Source of the DNA: Chlorokybus atmophyticus
Lineage: Eukaryota > Plantae > Mesostigma and Chlorokybus algae
Reading direction: 5' to 3'
Assembly: GCA_009103225.1 (NCBI GenBank)
Contig: RHPI01000026.1
Span: 691,103-755,102, forward strand
Length of the DNA: 64,000 bases
Below, piece by piece: positions 1 to 13,213 of the stretch. Both the position numbers and the translations under genes were made by a program. Position 1 is the first letter of the stretch; each line of letters begins with the position of its first letter. The notes beneath the pieces are model-generated. The model did no database searches and was not told the DNA's origin. It saw nothing but the letters and a program-made list of their open reading frames with translations.

Positions 1-122
1 ATGGAATGAGCGTCAAAGCTACAACCGGTCCCCCGCCCCGCGGCCCCTCAAACTTTGACAAAGAGATGACATGCTCAGACCGGTGCAGGCCCCCCCCCCC
101 CGCGCTCCCTCCCTGCCCCACC

Positions 123-1682
123 TCTTCCTCCTTGCAAAGATGCGCACATACAGTGTGCACGCACACTCATGTGACAACGCGCACATGCATGCGCTCACAC
201 GCACGTGCACGAGCAGGTACTGACTGCCCCCCAAGCTCGCATTCAGCCACTCGCTGCTGAAAAGAAAGAAGAACGAGAAGGAAGGAAGAGCAAATGTGTA
301 GTGCACGGCGTTGCGTACGTAAGCACTACCTCGCCCTAACCCATGCTCTCCACCATCTTTAAGGTGCGATGCCTCGGAGTGTGCGTGTGCGCATGCGCAT
401 CAGAGTGCATTGTGAGACATTGAACATTGCTTATGCTTGAATGTGCACGCACAAACATTGACACTAATGGTCGGGCTCATAGGCTGCAATGTTCAGTGCA
501 CACAACAGCCTATAACCCCGCCTCATAGGCACTGTTCAGTGCAGCCTATGAGTCCGCCTCATAGGCTGCACTGAACAGTGCCTATGAGCGGGCCGTCTCA
601 CAGGCTGTTCAGCGCAGCCTATGAGACGGTCGCCGTAGTAGGGCGCACAGACGGCACTGACTAGTGCCGCTCATGAGAGTGGTTTGGCCACTTCATCGTT
701 TCTTTCTTTGTCTGTACACGTCAAGCAGCTGCATGCAGCAACGCAACACACGCCAGGCATATGAGACGCGTGCATGCGTGCCATAGTACGCGTGTGCATG
801 CCTGCGTGTGTGTGGCTTTCGGCTTCACATGTACATAGATACTATATACGTACATGCAGCATGTGTGACACATGCTCACTCACATGTCCCCTATAACTAT
901 AGAAACATTGCCAGCCTGCCGCAGATCGCCCATGATGCTGCAAGGCCAGTCGTATTGGTAATTTAGTAATCTCCAGGGCATTACCGCTGGTGGTGGTGGG
1001 GAGGGGGGGGGAGCCCAACGCTGCTGTTCAGAGGGCGCAAGACTGCCAGTCGGGGATGCTACAACGAGGTGCAACAGCTGAACAACAGGTAAGCGGAGGG
1101 GAAAGGGGAGGGAAGGGCAGATATGTGCGCGCATACATGCATGCGCACGCGCACGCACACGGGCATGCGCGTGCAAGCATGCATGTCCTCTAAATCTGCC
1201 TTGCACTCTCTTATGGGCTCTTTGTTGCACGCGCTTGCACGTGAACACATATACATTTGTTGGAATCGTGTAATCGAACAATGGTTGTCTCATAGGCGGC
1301 ACGGTTCCGCAAGTTGCTGTAGGCTGGCTCATAGGCCGCACTATCCAGTGCCGCCTATGCGCCAGTTCTGCGTGTACACTAAGCACGGGAACAGCGTGCT
1401 TTGTGCCCNCCCCCTTACCCCGCTTCCTCCTTGCAGAGATGCACACACGCAACACAGCTTGAAGCATGCGCACTGCGTGGCACACGTCCATGCGCTCACG
1501 TGCACGCACACGTGCAGGTACGCGGATTGCCCAAGCTGGCAATCAGCACCTGCTGCTGAGAGCAGAGAAGTTGTAGTGCACGGCTCTGCATATGCAAGCA
1601 CTACCTCGCCCCGCTGCTCGTGCTCTCTAGCTCAAGGTGCGCTGATTGCGAATGTGCACGGCCAATTCTCCTATTGGGCTCA
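123..1682. repeat. Degenerate direct duplication (about 123-480 vs about 1424-1682)
   Basis: Shared colinear blocks: cttcctccttgca(a/g)agatgc, cccaagct, gctgctga, tgtagtgcacggc, aagcactacctcgccc, aaggtgcg, gaatgtgcacg, gggctcata. Boundaries are approximate. Confidence 0.65.
522..588. repeat. Perfect 31-bp inverted repeat with 5-nt loop, each arm itself a CTCATAGGC-N13-GCCTATGAG hairpin
   Basis: 522-552 ctcataggcactgttcagtgcagcctatgag is the exact reverse complement of 558-588. The same motif recurs near 476, 597, 1289, 1329, 1784-1817. Confidence 0.9.
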
Positions 1683-2525
1683 TATACTGTAGGTACACAC
1701 AGGCACATGCATGCATGCAAATGTTATTGGTCACACACGCATGCACGTGCACACACAATTGTTGGCAACTATGATAGTGCAGCCTCATAGGCTGCACTAT
1801 CCGAGGCAGCCTATGAGGCTGGCTGATTAGGTATCGCTGGCTCAAAAGCCGCACTGACCAGTGCGGCCCATAGGCCAGCGCTACCAAATCAGTAGCTTCT
1901 GGAAGTTATAGGCGGCTGCAAGCGCCAGCTGCCTCGCATACATGCATGTGCCCGCAATTGCACCTACTTCATTGCACGCATACGCACACGCAGACATCAA
2001 CAGTGCTGACAATGGCACGCTTGCCGCACCCATGCACAGTATCAGCTACACGCGCGTCCAGATCTCGCAAACCAGCCAAGGTGTGGCAGCAATGAACAGG
2101 GGTGAGGAGCGGGCACTAGACCGGGCCAACAGGTATGAGTTAGTTCTCTTGTCTACATCACAAGTGTCATATTCTGAGTTGCTGTTCAAAGGTTTCCATG
2201 TGTGCGTGCGCGCATGTGCTTATTGCGTTTGCGTAGGTAGATGGTGTGCATGCTTGAGGATTTTCAGTTAGCTTGCATGTATATAGGTGCGTTGTTTTGG
2301 TTGTAGCGTCGCATAATGAAACCTATTGAGGTTATGCATTTGTCCTTGTTAATTCGTATGTACCTGTGTGCTGTCGTAAGCATGAATGCTGCTGCATGCA
2401 TATATGCTGTTACACTGCATGATGCGGAAATCAAGGGTTACAACCTTATGGGTTGTGGTTGACTGCTACAGGGTCAGCATAAGATAGCTATCAGATAGCT
2501 GAGCATGCATGTACTGACTCTGCCA

Positions 2526-3190
2526 TCAGGCCATGACGAGCTGATGGCCCAACGAGCGTTTGCTGGTCATGGCCTGGTCAGTGTTGTGGCAACGGCGGCG
2601 GCGCCACAACTTGTGGCTCACAAGCCATGGCCTGGTCGTCACCAGGCCAGCATGACCAGGCCAGCGGCGTAGCCTGGTGCTCTTGATATGGAGCATCAGG
2701 CCGCCCGCCAGGCCACCAGCAGCGGCGGCCCAATTGCGGTGAGCTACGGCAATTAAGCTGCGGCTTATTGCTGCAGCTGACCGTAGGTAGCCGTCGAAAC
2801 ACAACTATATCACAGCTATTTTGACATTGCCGGTCAGATGTTTTGTTGGTCCGGTTTTAGCCGGCCGGTCAACAAAACGCATGCTGTAGATTATCGCGCA
2901 CCAGCCATGGTCCGTAGCTCCTGTTACCGGCAGGTACACTGACTTGCTGCAAATTGATACCGGACCAATGCTGGTCCTTGCAAAGAACCATACTCGGTCC
3001 GATTATAGCCGGCTATGACCGGGACCAGCCTTGGTTCGTTTTTTTTGGGGACCGTGGGACAATTACGTACTGTTTGGACCAGGCTTGGTCCCCGCGCGCA
3101 GACCAAGGCGGGCGACCCTGGTCCGGGCCCCAAGCCGCCCTGGCGTTTTGGCCCTGGTCCGTACGTGCGGACCAGGGCTGGTCCGCGGAA
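2526..3190. repeat. Zone of short inverted motifs (TGGTCC/GGACCA, TGGTCATGGCC, CCAGGCC)
   Basis: Many ggacca...tggtcc pairs at 2950-3190 (e.g. ggaccagggctggtcc) and a gttttgttg...caacaaaac stem near 2840-2878. Resembles a subterminal repeat zone of a DNA transposon. Confidence 0.45.
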
Positions 3191-4925
3191 AAAATTCCGT
3201 ATGAAGGCAACTAACTGTTGCCTTGCAATCATTAGCATGTCTGCGGAGAAGCTGAAGGCTCTATTTCAAGCTTATTTTGTCTTCAATAGCAAAGAAATTG
3301 ATGGCGTACGCGAATGCTTGGTTGACAGTACCAACCAAACAAATGCATTAGCTACAAATACTAGTGCAATACAGACAGTCACAACGAAAGAGCGGGACAC
3401 ACCCGGTCAGAAGGGCTTTCCATATAACATTTTTTTATTAAAACAATGTGTGATGCGCTTTGTATGGTTAGCGACTCTCCATCAATATTTCAACTGATCG
3501 AGCTTGATATTGCCAGTATGACAATGCATACTTCTTAAGCTTCAATCACTTTGTTATGCAGATGCAAGGTTTTTAACGGTGCTGAAGTTGTCAAGGTAAG
3601 CTGTCGTTGTACTTGTAATTTAGCGCTGTGCTTTACATAGGAACCTTATGATACGTTGCTGTCGCTGTTATGACGGATGCACTCATATAACTATAACATA
3701 TTAATACATTTGCGCCATGTTGCAATGTGGTACATTACCACAATGTATATGTTGCAATCAAATAAGTGTTGCACTGGCAGATTATTTCATGGTCATCAAT
3801 TACAGATGCCATGAATAGCATTCATCGCGACAGCTTTGGTAACATGCAGCACCCATGCTCTATGATTGCATTCGTTTGTCAGGGCGTGCTAATGCTGCAC
3901 TTTGCTACATGCGAGGCCACGGCAATGCATGAATGGCATTCCGCTCTATGATTGATAACAATTATAATGTCATCTACCGCCGTGGGACGGACAGACCGCG
4001 AGCTCGTGACAATTGAGTTGTGGTAGGCTTGCCTCCCAAGCCCGTCAACTTGCATGCGACAAAGCAGCTAAATGGCATATTTGCCAGGGCAAGCTATTAT
4101 ATTTACGTTGACTCGAGTTGTACAATATCAACATGGCATGCACTTCACTACTTATGAAAGCATATACACTGTATATATGAAGTATTGAGAAATTATGCAT
4201 GTTGGTTGAGGGTTGGAGTTACGCACGCACTATGATAAAAATAGCAAATTAATGCATATGATAATGTATTGCCGATCATGCGTTCATGCCACAGGTAGGG
4301 CTAGAACATAACAAGTATGTTTGTCACAAACAGAAAACGTTGTTTGTTGGTTCTTACATCAATGGTAAAAACAATAGAATGAAATATTGGTTGAGTGAAC
4401 ATACTTTTTTGATGCTTTATGCATGGCGCATGTAGGAAACGAGATTTTTGTAGTCACACAATATCACGCATGGTCACGCTGTAATGCTTGACTTTGCGTA
4501 CCACGTGATGCAGCGTGACTCGACGTCACACCAATATTAATACCCGCTTCTATATACATGTTGTGTAGAAAAATACATGCCATTGATGATGCAATGCGTG
4601 TTGGGTAATGCATGTGATCGTGCCTATAGATGTATGTCGTCCACAATATTTTTACACGTCCTGTTCAAGATTTTGTCCGTATTTTTCTTCATAATGGTTT
4701 GTTCGCTGTCATTTATAATTGTTGTTGGTTTTGTTCCGCAAGAACAACATAAGGTTTCATGAACCTCAAAATAGCAGTATTATTAAGTTCTTGTTCATTG
4801 TTTGTTCGCTTATGCCCAAAACTAGGTTTGTCCCCAACCGTAGCCACAGGTGGCACGCACAAACATTCGCAGATCAAGTGTTACCCTGTAATATGTCCAG
4901 CATAAAGTGCATACATGCATGTGTA

Positions 4926-5116
4926 CCTGCTGAGATGGAAAATATACACTTCAGGTGTTGAGTTATAAAATTCCTGAATCCCACCATCTTGACTCCCACC
5001 ATCCGTCAGGATGCCTGCTGAGATGGAAAAATATACACTATAAATGCCGAGTTATATAATTCCTGACTCCCACTATCCTGACTCCCTCCGTCAGAATCCT
5101 GACGGATGGTGGGAGT
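4926..5116. repeat. 88-bp tandem duplication plus perfect 20-bp inverted repeat
   Basis: cctgctgagatggaaaa at 4926 and 5014. actcccaccatccgtcagga (4992-5011) is the reverse complement of tcctgacggatggtgggagt (5097-5116). Confidence 0.85.
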
Positions 5117-5178
5117 AAGGAACGATATAACTTGGTGACTTAATGAAGGAGATCACCAACGACACGCAAGATCTGTCG

Positions 5179-5381
<203 letters not shown>

Positions 5382-6298
5382 CTCCGTCTTCTCCCGCATA
5401 ACTCCCCGTCGCAGTCTGTCGTCGTCGGTCGCCGCGTGTACATGCTGACAGCCTCGGCCAAGCTTGTCAGTAGCCACGCAAGCACAACTAACCAAGAGTC
5501 AGTTAGATTCCTTGCAGCAACGCCGCAACAACGCGGTTATGCTGGGCATAAAATGCTGCGCTGGGTTGGGGCCTCAACTGAGCTCGAGCTCGAGCACGCG
5601 CTTTGCCCGCAGCGGCAGAGAAAAATCAGATAAACAGGAGGAGAACAACTTCAGCTGTGCCGTGTTGAGAGAAGTGTGTCGGTGACACCGACTCGGTGTG
5701 CTGTGTTTCGTGTGTTGGTTCAGTGCGTACTTGTTCAGTGTCGTCGTGCTGTGAAGCACGGTGGTGAGTGGCATTTGATCAGCGTTGGCTCTCGACGTTG
5801 TTGCAAGTGCGCCACTGCTGGCTTCGCTGCTGTGGACTGCACCGGCCAGTTGTATGGTCAGATGTGCTGCCTAAGTGGTTGCTTGCTTGCTGCTGACTAA
5901 CCGCCTTGCCATGATTGTGGAAATCAACTGTGCATTGCGTAGAGATCCACGGGTTTCTTGCAAACCCTGCTTTGGTCGGTCGGTTGACAAGGACAGCTGA
6001 TGCTCTGCCTGTCAACTGGCTGTGAGGAAGACGTGATGCGAATTAACGCAAGACTGCTGTTAATGCGCAACTAAGCAAGCATGTGATGGCTGCATGCTTG
6101 TATCCTGCTCAACGTCAACATTGCTGTTTGGGCCAATACTCAACTCCATGCAAGCGTCCCTCACTCAGATCGCCATGGCCAGCTGTCCTCCTGCATGCAC
6201 ATAGTCGCCATTGGACCGTGCACATTGCTTGTTGGAATGGGTGATGGTAGCATTGCATTGCGTCTGATCATGCATTGCACGTCTTGTGCAGCTCCAAC

Positions 6299-6515
6299 AT
6301 GGCAAGCGCACCAGGCTTGGCGTTTGTGTTGCTGCTGGCCATTGCAACCGCATGCAGCGCGAGTGACGTCAGAATCTCTGCTCGGAGTGCAGTTGCGGCA
6401 GCAAGCGGGGGTAAGTTTACAGTACATCACCCTGCTGCTGTTTCGTCATTGTTATTGAGATGTTGTTTAAATGCTGTGTAAACGCCATATCAACACATAT
6501 GTCAGAATGGATGCG

Positions 6516-6561
<46 letters not shown>

Positions 6562-9021
6562 CACACCTGCCCGCATGCTCGCGCTCGCACACGGGCGCAG
6601 GCACGCATATTTGCACGCTAGCGGGCACGCATACAAGCTATCACTGAGTGATTGTACTGTGCACCAAACTGTTGCTCTCTCAGTTGCAGTCTGCAGCTCT
6701 GGGGTGACATCCGGTGCCTACACAATCCAGTCGCAAGTGACTCAGTCCGGAGGCAAGACCACCTTCGCGTACACCGTCACGCGCAAGACCACGCAGCGTC
6801 CCGCGCGCTTGACCAGCTTCTCCATCTCAATCCCGGACTGCCTGGCCACTGGACCCTTCCCTGAGTGGGGGCCAAAGGGTACGTGTGTTGCAATGTGTTA
6901 ATGTGTGCACGCGTGTGCAGCTTGTACGCTTTGTCTGTGACTGCGGTTGTTCCTGTGTTCGAGGATACTGAGATGAGCAAGCTCATGTATGCGTGCGCTC
7001 GCGTATTGTGTGTGTGTGCAGGCATTGCAAGCAGCAATCCGCCTGTAGAGATTGTCAAGATAGGCTCAAACTTCTTCCGCTGGAACTTTGGGTTCCCCGC
7101 TGATGCCTTGAAGACTACATTCACTGGTGAGCAGCTGGTTGCAATGTGTGATGCACAGTTGCACAACTTCACAAGCCGTCTTATAAGACTCTCAGCACCA
7201 CACTCTACTCCTGGCAGTGACATTCGCTGGGAGCGTGCAGTCCGCTGGCAGAGATTTCATTGCGTGGAGCAATGACGGCACTATTGGTGGACACGTTGAC
7301 CCAGGGGTCATTTGCGGTCCATCCGCATGCCAGCCAACGACACCAAGTATGGACACGCGCGCGCGCACGCACGCACAAGCTGTTATCACAGATTGTTTTG
7401 CAGATGAGATGTGTCAATAACAACTCATGCATGTCCTTTGTGTGGAAACCAACACTGCATCTCTCCTCGGCGTAAATCTACGGCAGCTTGCGGAGGTAGG
7501 TTTATATCACATGCAGTACACTCTTGTACCATCACACGCATTCACACATGATGGCACCCAACAAGAGCCGAACCTTGTCCTATGCAGTTGTGGTAAGGAC
7601 CTTCACTGAGCTCAAGCACGCTGTGGAAACGCCTCCGCCAGCCGGCTGCCGTCACAGTGTGGTGCAGGTTGCGCAAGACATCACGTGGCCGCGATGCTGC
7701 GTCCACAAGTTGTGTGGCGGGTTCCCATGCTATACATGTTGCCCTCTCAACGTCACGCGCAACGTGCTCATTCACGGGTGCGGCGCGAGGAAGACCCTCA
7801 ATGGCAACCAACAGGGCAATCTCATCATTCAGACGGGCGGCTCGCTGTCTTTGTCAAACCTCGTCATCCAGGGAGCCAACACCAACACCAACAACATATG
7901 CGTGAGTGGCTTGTGCACTTGTGCATGACGAAGGCCTCAGTACTACAAGCATGCGCCCACAGTATTTACTGATGTGGACGTGTGCGTGTGTGTGCGTGTC
8001 TTTGTGTGAAACAGAATGGCTTCACCGGCGGGCTGTGTACGTTTCTAAAGGCAATCTGTACGCACAAGATGTTACCTTCCAGGACAATATTGCATATGTA
8101 AGTGCGCTGCAAACCTTGCGTGTCATGGGATGGCATCCTTTGCAACTGATACTTCCGCACACGCACACGCACACGCACACGCACGGACGTTGTGTGGTGT
8201 AGGTACTCGTTTGCTGGTACTGCGCTCTTATACTGACATTTTCTGATGCACACAGCAAGGCGCTGGTGTTTATGTTGGTGACATATACTCAAACGTCATC
8301 CGCGTCCGCGCACGCTTCAACAGATGTTCTTTCTTCCGCAACAAGTAAGCAGATGTCAAGCACTGAACACGCGAACTTTGGTCACACAACCAGTGTGACC
8401 CGCCCGCACGCGCGTGCACACACACATACACTTGCTACCACGCGTTCATCCCTCACTCTTTGCATCATCAGGGCTGTGATACGCGGTTGCGAGCGCGTTC
8501 CTGGCAGCATCGGCGGTATCGGCGGCGGGGTCAGCACGAATGCGGAGGGCCGGTCCGCCTTCAACTACTGCAAGTTTGGCAAAGGACCGGACCGCAATGT
8601 CGCGGAGATCGGGTACATTGTTGGGCACCCCAATGGCGGTGGGGTGAGTAGCACAGTTTGTTGTTGTTGTTGTTGCTGTTGTTGCGTTTATGCATCACAC
8701 AACAACATGCTCACAGGTTGGCTCATGACTTGCAGTGGCGCATCCAGTGTCTGACTGTTGATCTCTTTTCTTTGTAGAATGATGTAGCAGGCGGCGGGAC
8801 GGCGTGTCCATCGCCCGCAGGCATTGATGTAAGTGATGGACAAGTCCAATCATCATATGTATTTGTGTGCCCCCCCCCCGCTTACTCACTCTTGCCAATA
8901 GTTGAGTGATACACCCTTGCTTGTGTCTCTACAGACGGCCAACTCCACTGCGCTCACCACACCCGCGAGCTGTCCAGCACGTTGTCCCACAGGCAGCTGC
9001 CCCGTCTATACCAGCTGTTAG
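6299..9021 (+). CDS. Secreted Cys-rich protein with pectin-lyase-like/POMP-type beta-helix repeats; about 11 exons; one apparent 1-nt frameshift
   Basis: Exon 1 (6299-6410) encodes signal-peptide-like MASAPGLAFVLLLAIATACSA. GT-AG exons are phase-compatible through TFTELKHAVE...LNGNQQGNLIIQTGGSLSLSNLVIQGAN, AVYVSKGNLYAQDVTFQDNIAY, QGAGVYVG...CSFFRNKA (8256-8344) and GGIGGGVS, ending CPVYTSC-TAG at 9019-9021. GGAV/GAGV...F..N.A repeats are typical of right-handed beta-helices. Confidence 0.7.
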
Positions 9022-10332
9022 GTTTGTCTGTGCGTGAGCAGCTTTGTGGCTGGAAAGGTCAGTTTTGTTGTAACTGTTATGTCAATAGTGTCACGGCGTG
9101 TTGCTGCCAAAGCATGTATCGTTAGAGGTGATTATGGCTGCAGTTTTGCGTAGGGTAGGCAGCCCCCTGGCGACAGGTAATAAATCCTGCGCACTTGTAC
9201 TCTACTGTTCACTGACTGACTACAGGGTCTGGAATGTATAGAAGTGTAGTCTGTAGTGGATGTAGTATTGTGGTGCTGAGTTACTATGTACATGCACAGA
9301 GGCACAAGTCAGTGACAGGCTGGTATGCACGCAAGCATGCATGTGTTTGCAACTTGGTATGTGTACAAATCATTCATAGTAATGCACAAAGCAAGGCGAT
9401 TGAGTCACAACGGACATTCACTAACACATGCACAAGTGCTCATGTCAACATGTGCGCGCACGTGCATACAGTACAAAGAGTGGATATGCATGCAAGTGCA
9501 CTGGCATTGATGAGGTTGGGCAGCTGAACAGGGGAACTTGGGAAAGTGTTGTTGTTAACCTTTGTGCTGTGCCTGTGTGCCTCTGTGACTGCTACTGCTG
9601 GTACTCAAACTCTGCTGCATGCAGATTTACCAACTATTAGACAATTGCATGCAATGTTCTTGTTGACAAGAGGTGCTTTGCTTGACCTGCGGTGACGCGC
9701 CTGCAACTTGGTGTGCGAAGGTTTTCAATCTATGCAGTATATTCGTGGCAGTTATTGCACAGTAACATTATGCAATAAGTCTGCTAGCGGGCAAGTCAGT
9801 GCTCAGTTGTTACATTTCCAACAGCATATGACCACCTGTGAACAGATAACATTGCTGTCATGATGATTGTCACACAAAATGCTGAGAGCAATACTTGCCA
9901 TTGTTGCAATTGTTTTTGTACGCAAAGGCAGGAAGAAGAATGGGGCACCCCAAGACGCAAAGTGTGTCGTTCTGCACAAACAACAATGGCAGCAGGGCAC
10001 TCAGTCCGCTATTGCGGTTGGCGAGCAGTGGTCAAGGCAAAGCTTAATGACTACTTCTCATACCGCTGCACCATCAGCTCCTCGTCCCTCTCATTGCTGC
10101 TCTTCCTTCTACTCGCCCTTCGCCGCCGCCTCCTTCGCCTCCCCAACCACCGTCCACAGACTCAGCTGTGTCACAACAGCCCCAATGCAGCCTGCCATTT
10201 TCCAGGGACATTACAGGCATGCTGCTACACTTTCACCAGCATAATCAAGTCGGCGGCGGCGGCGAGTACTGGAGCTGGTTGGGTGGCGGATAGGAGGTCG
10301 AGGAGGTTTGTTTGCTCTAACTGTGGGGCGTG

Positions 10333-10990
10333 AGCAGAGGTGCTAGCGTTAGCCGTTGTCCCGCACAATTACCTCCCTCCAGCACTGGTAAGGTTTAAAC
10401 CTGTTCTATACTATACTTGTGTATGGGGTTATCGTGCTGTGTTTGGTTCAAGTATAGTGGTTCTAGAGGCAGCTCTTTTGTCCTACACGATTGCCTCCCT
10501 CCACCGCTGCTTCTCACAACTAGCCGGAGGCGGCGAGGACGAGGACGAGGACGAGGGCTGCCTGGGTAGAGGGTTGAGGAGGTTGATTTGCGCTGTGTTA
10601 GGCGTAAGCAGAGGTGCTAGCGTTAGCCGTTGTATGCCGCATTAGCCTCCCTCCAGCGCTGATAAGAAGAAAACTGCTGGACGAGTGCGGTTTCCATGCT
10701 CGTGCATAAGCCTATCATGCTGTTCGGCCTGAATACAATGGTTCTAGTGGCAGCCCTTTTGTTCTACATAGCTGCCTCCCTCCAGCGCTGCCTTTGTTTC
10801 TCAATTGCATGACATTTATCGCTGCCATCATGTACAGTTGACTTCCACGTGCATTGTGTTTGGCCCTAGTACAATGATTCTAGCGGCAGCCCTTTGTTCT
10901 ACATGATTGTCTCCCTCCAGCGCTGCCTCTGTTTCTGCTTCTCAAAATTGCATGCCATTCAACGCTGCCATCATTTGCAGTTGAATTCCA
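10333..10990. repeat. Degenerate tandem repeats (roughly 140- and 275-bp spacing)
   Basis: agcagaggtgctagcgttagccgttgt occurs twice (about 10333, 10608). ctccctcca(g/c)cgctg recurs about 5 times. The ttctcaa..ttgcatg..cgctgccatcat..cagttga.ttccacgtgca block occurs twice. Confidence 0.7.
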
Positions 10991-11279
10991 CGTGCAGTAT
11001 GGCTGCACTCGTCATAAACGCATTCAAGTTGGCAACCACGGCCGGAGGGCGAGCAGTCAGCGGATTTCGAGCAATCAGTACTGTTGGTGATGCCCCGCAG
11101 ACATAAAATGGCAATCCTTAGGTGAGTTATGCTATGACCAATGATTGCATTGTAGTAACTGTTTGTCTAGGGTTTGCATGTCTATAGCGTGGTGTTAATA
11201 CTTGCATGTGCAAAGTTGCTGCTACGTAACACGTTGAATGCACCACACGAGTTGAACTGACGTCAACTTGCTGCAACAC

Positions 11280-11690
11280 TTCGAATGGCTCGCACTCTAT
11301 GGCTGAGCTCTGGCAACGTCTCCACCTTCAACACATGGCTGTAGAGCTCATCTGGCAAGTACACTTCCGGAGCAGCAACCACCTTCTTCTCGATTGTGTT
11401 GCCTTCAATGTTGCCCTTCAGGCCCAAAAATTCGCCCTTCAACGGTTTGTATGGCGATTTGAATACCTGCTGCAACACAGGAGCGCCTGAATGGCTCATT
11501 AGATTGTTCCAACATGCAGTACAAACCGTTGAAGGGCGAGTTTTTGGGCCTGAAGGGCAACATTGAACGCAACGCATTTGAGAAGAAGGTGGTTGCTGTC
11601 CGGAAGTGTACTTGTCAGATGAGCTCTACAGCCATGTGTTGAAGGTGGAGATGGTGCCAGAGGTCAGCCATGGAGTGCGAGCCGTTCGAA
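11280..11690. repeat. Long imperfect inverted repeat (arms 11280-11451 and 11520-11690, 68-bp spacer)
   Basis: Both strands encode the same peptide: YKPLKGEFLGLKGNIE...EKKVVA...VYL.DELYSHVLKVE..PE.SH.VRA.R. Confidence 0.9.
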
Positions 11691-12106
11691 GGCTCAATAA
11701 AACGAAGCAGGTCATCATGCACGAGGAGGCTCAGGATCTGCAAGATGTTGATGCATTATTCCATGTCTGCACCAGCCCTTTGATCAAGCAAATTCGCTAC
11801 CCCTGGGCAAAACGGTCAGATCCACGTAGGTGCGTGGATGTTTGCATGGCTGTTGAGATTTCTCATTCTTACGGTGGATGATTTCAAGCGCGTTGCCAAT
11901 TGGCGTAAGGTGCTTCGTAAGTTTGTTCGCGAGCCGGTGATGGTGGTCGCCATTGGCGAGTTGAACTCCGCGATGAATGGATTCAGCCAGAAGCGGATCA
12001 ACACAACGTGGTTGTCGTGACTAATGCGCATCTGCGCTCTGTTATTTGGCCTACATCCTCGCTGATTCGCAAGAATGAGGTGAGAATAGACGAGGAGAAC
12101 ATGTGA
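11520..12106 (+). pseudogene. Frameshifted intronless coding remnant of unknown family
   Basis: Protein-like segments in shifting frames (VYLSDELYSHVLKVEMVPEVSHGVRAVRRLNKTKQVIMHEE; FLILTVDDFKRVANWRKVLRKFVREPVMVVAIGELNS; EADQHNVVVVTNAHLRSVIWPT). No family recognised. Confidence 0.4.
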
Positions 12107-13213
12107 TCAGTTTGCCCGCTAGTGCCCTACACGTTCCCCAGCATCACCTATTTGTTCGCATGTCCACACACGGCCAACAAGGTGTCCAGCACCTTCTCGC
12201 AGGCCGCCCTGTGTACACTTACTGTTTGGCGTGTGCTTGTTTTTATGTGTGATCAGTGCTGCATTCCTAAGGGCTGCACGACCAGTTTTGTCGTAGTTTC
12301 TAGTTTTGCCGAGGCATGCATGATGGTTGCAGTCTTGCATAGGGTAGGCAGCATTGGGATAGGTGATGAACGTGCAGTTGTGGTTGACTATACAGTGTAT
12401 AGGTAAATGACAATGTAGGGTCTGTAGTGTACAGTGCAGTGGATGAACCTCATTTGTTATGTGATTGATTGTGTGTAGGGTGTGTGTAATGTACTGACCA
12501 GCGGTTGGTCAATGTGTTATCGTATTGACGTAGTATGTTGCACGGGCACACCTGTCCTGCTGTTGTCCTTGTGTCTGTGCACATGCACCACTTTAAAACG
12601 TCATGACATAAATCGTACGCCTATGTGCTTTCACGTGCACATGCTGGAATGCCACATGTATGCACTGATACAGGCAATAATGGACTGGCACCATTGCGCG
12701 CATGTTAGTTGGTGCGTTGCCTCAGCTGGGAATTTGTTATTAACCATTGCACTGCGTATGTATCTACGTCTGCTAGGGGTGTCAAAAACACTACATCAAA
12801 CACCACTGCATGGTAAAGGTTTACAAAGTCGATAGGCATATCCCATTCAATCGTTCTTGACCTGTACTGACAAGCATGCAGATCATTGTAACTTCTGTGC
12901 AGTATGTCACAATGAACGAGTACTCAAGCAAGGCGACCAGTGCTGAATTACTAAATTTCCAATGTCTACGGCGCATGCCACCAGAAGATGCAAATCCACA
13001 TGCGCACACTTAACAGAAGGCGACCATGCAGCTCATTGTCAAGGCTTTTTCTGCCAATATCCCTGCTGCCGCATCATAGTTCCTATCTCCTGTGAGCAGT
13101 ACGTGTTGTCAACACGGCCAATTTCGGCTAAAAGAATTGGGGGTGGGAACTCAAGCTGTAAATGAGACTTGAGCAAACTTTTCTGTACACACAACATAGC
13201 AGCGGCAAACCCG

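Noticed and set aside
880-2271. HARAH/CVCA-rich ORFs here and throughout the window
   Set aside because: Products of CA/GT/CG microsatellite-like intron and intergenic sequence.
9860-10333. 157-aa ORF ending FVCSNCGA as a Zn-finger gene
   Set aside because: A single CxxC, low complexity, stops in neighbouring frames and no splice support.
11520-12106. SET-domain assignment (KGEFLG, GVRAVR)
   Set aside because: The motifs are in the wrong order for SET and no NHSC or GEEL motif is present.
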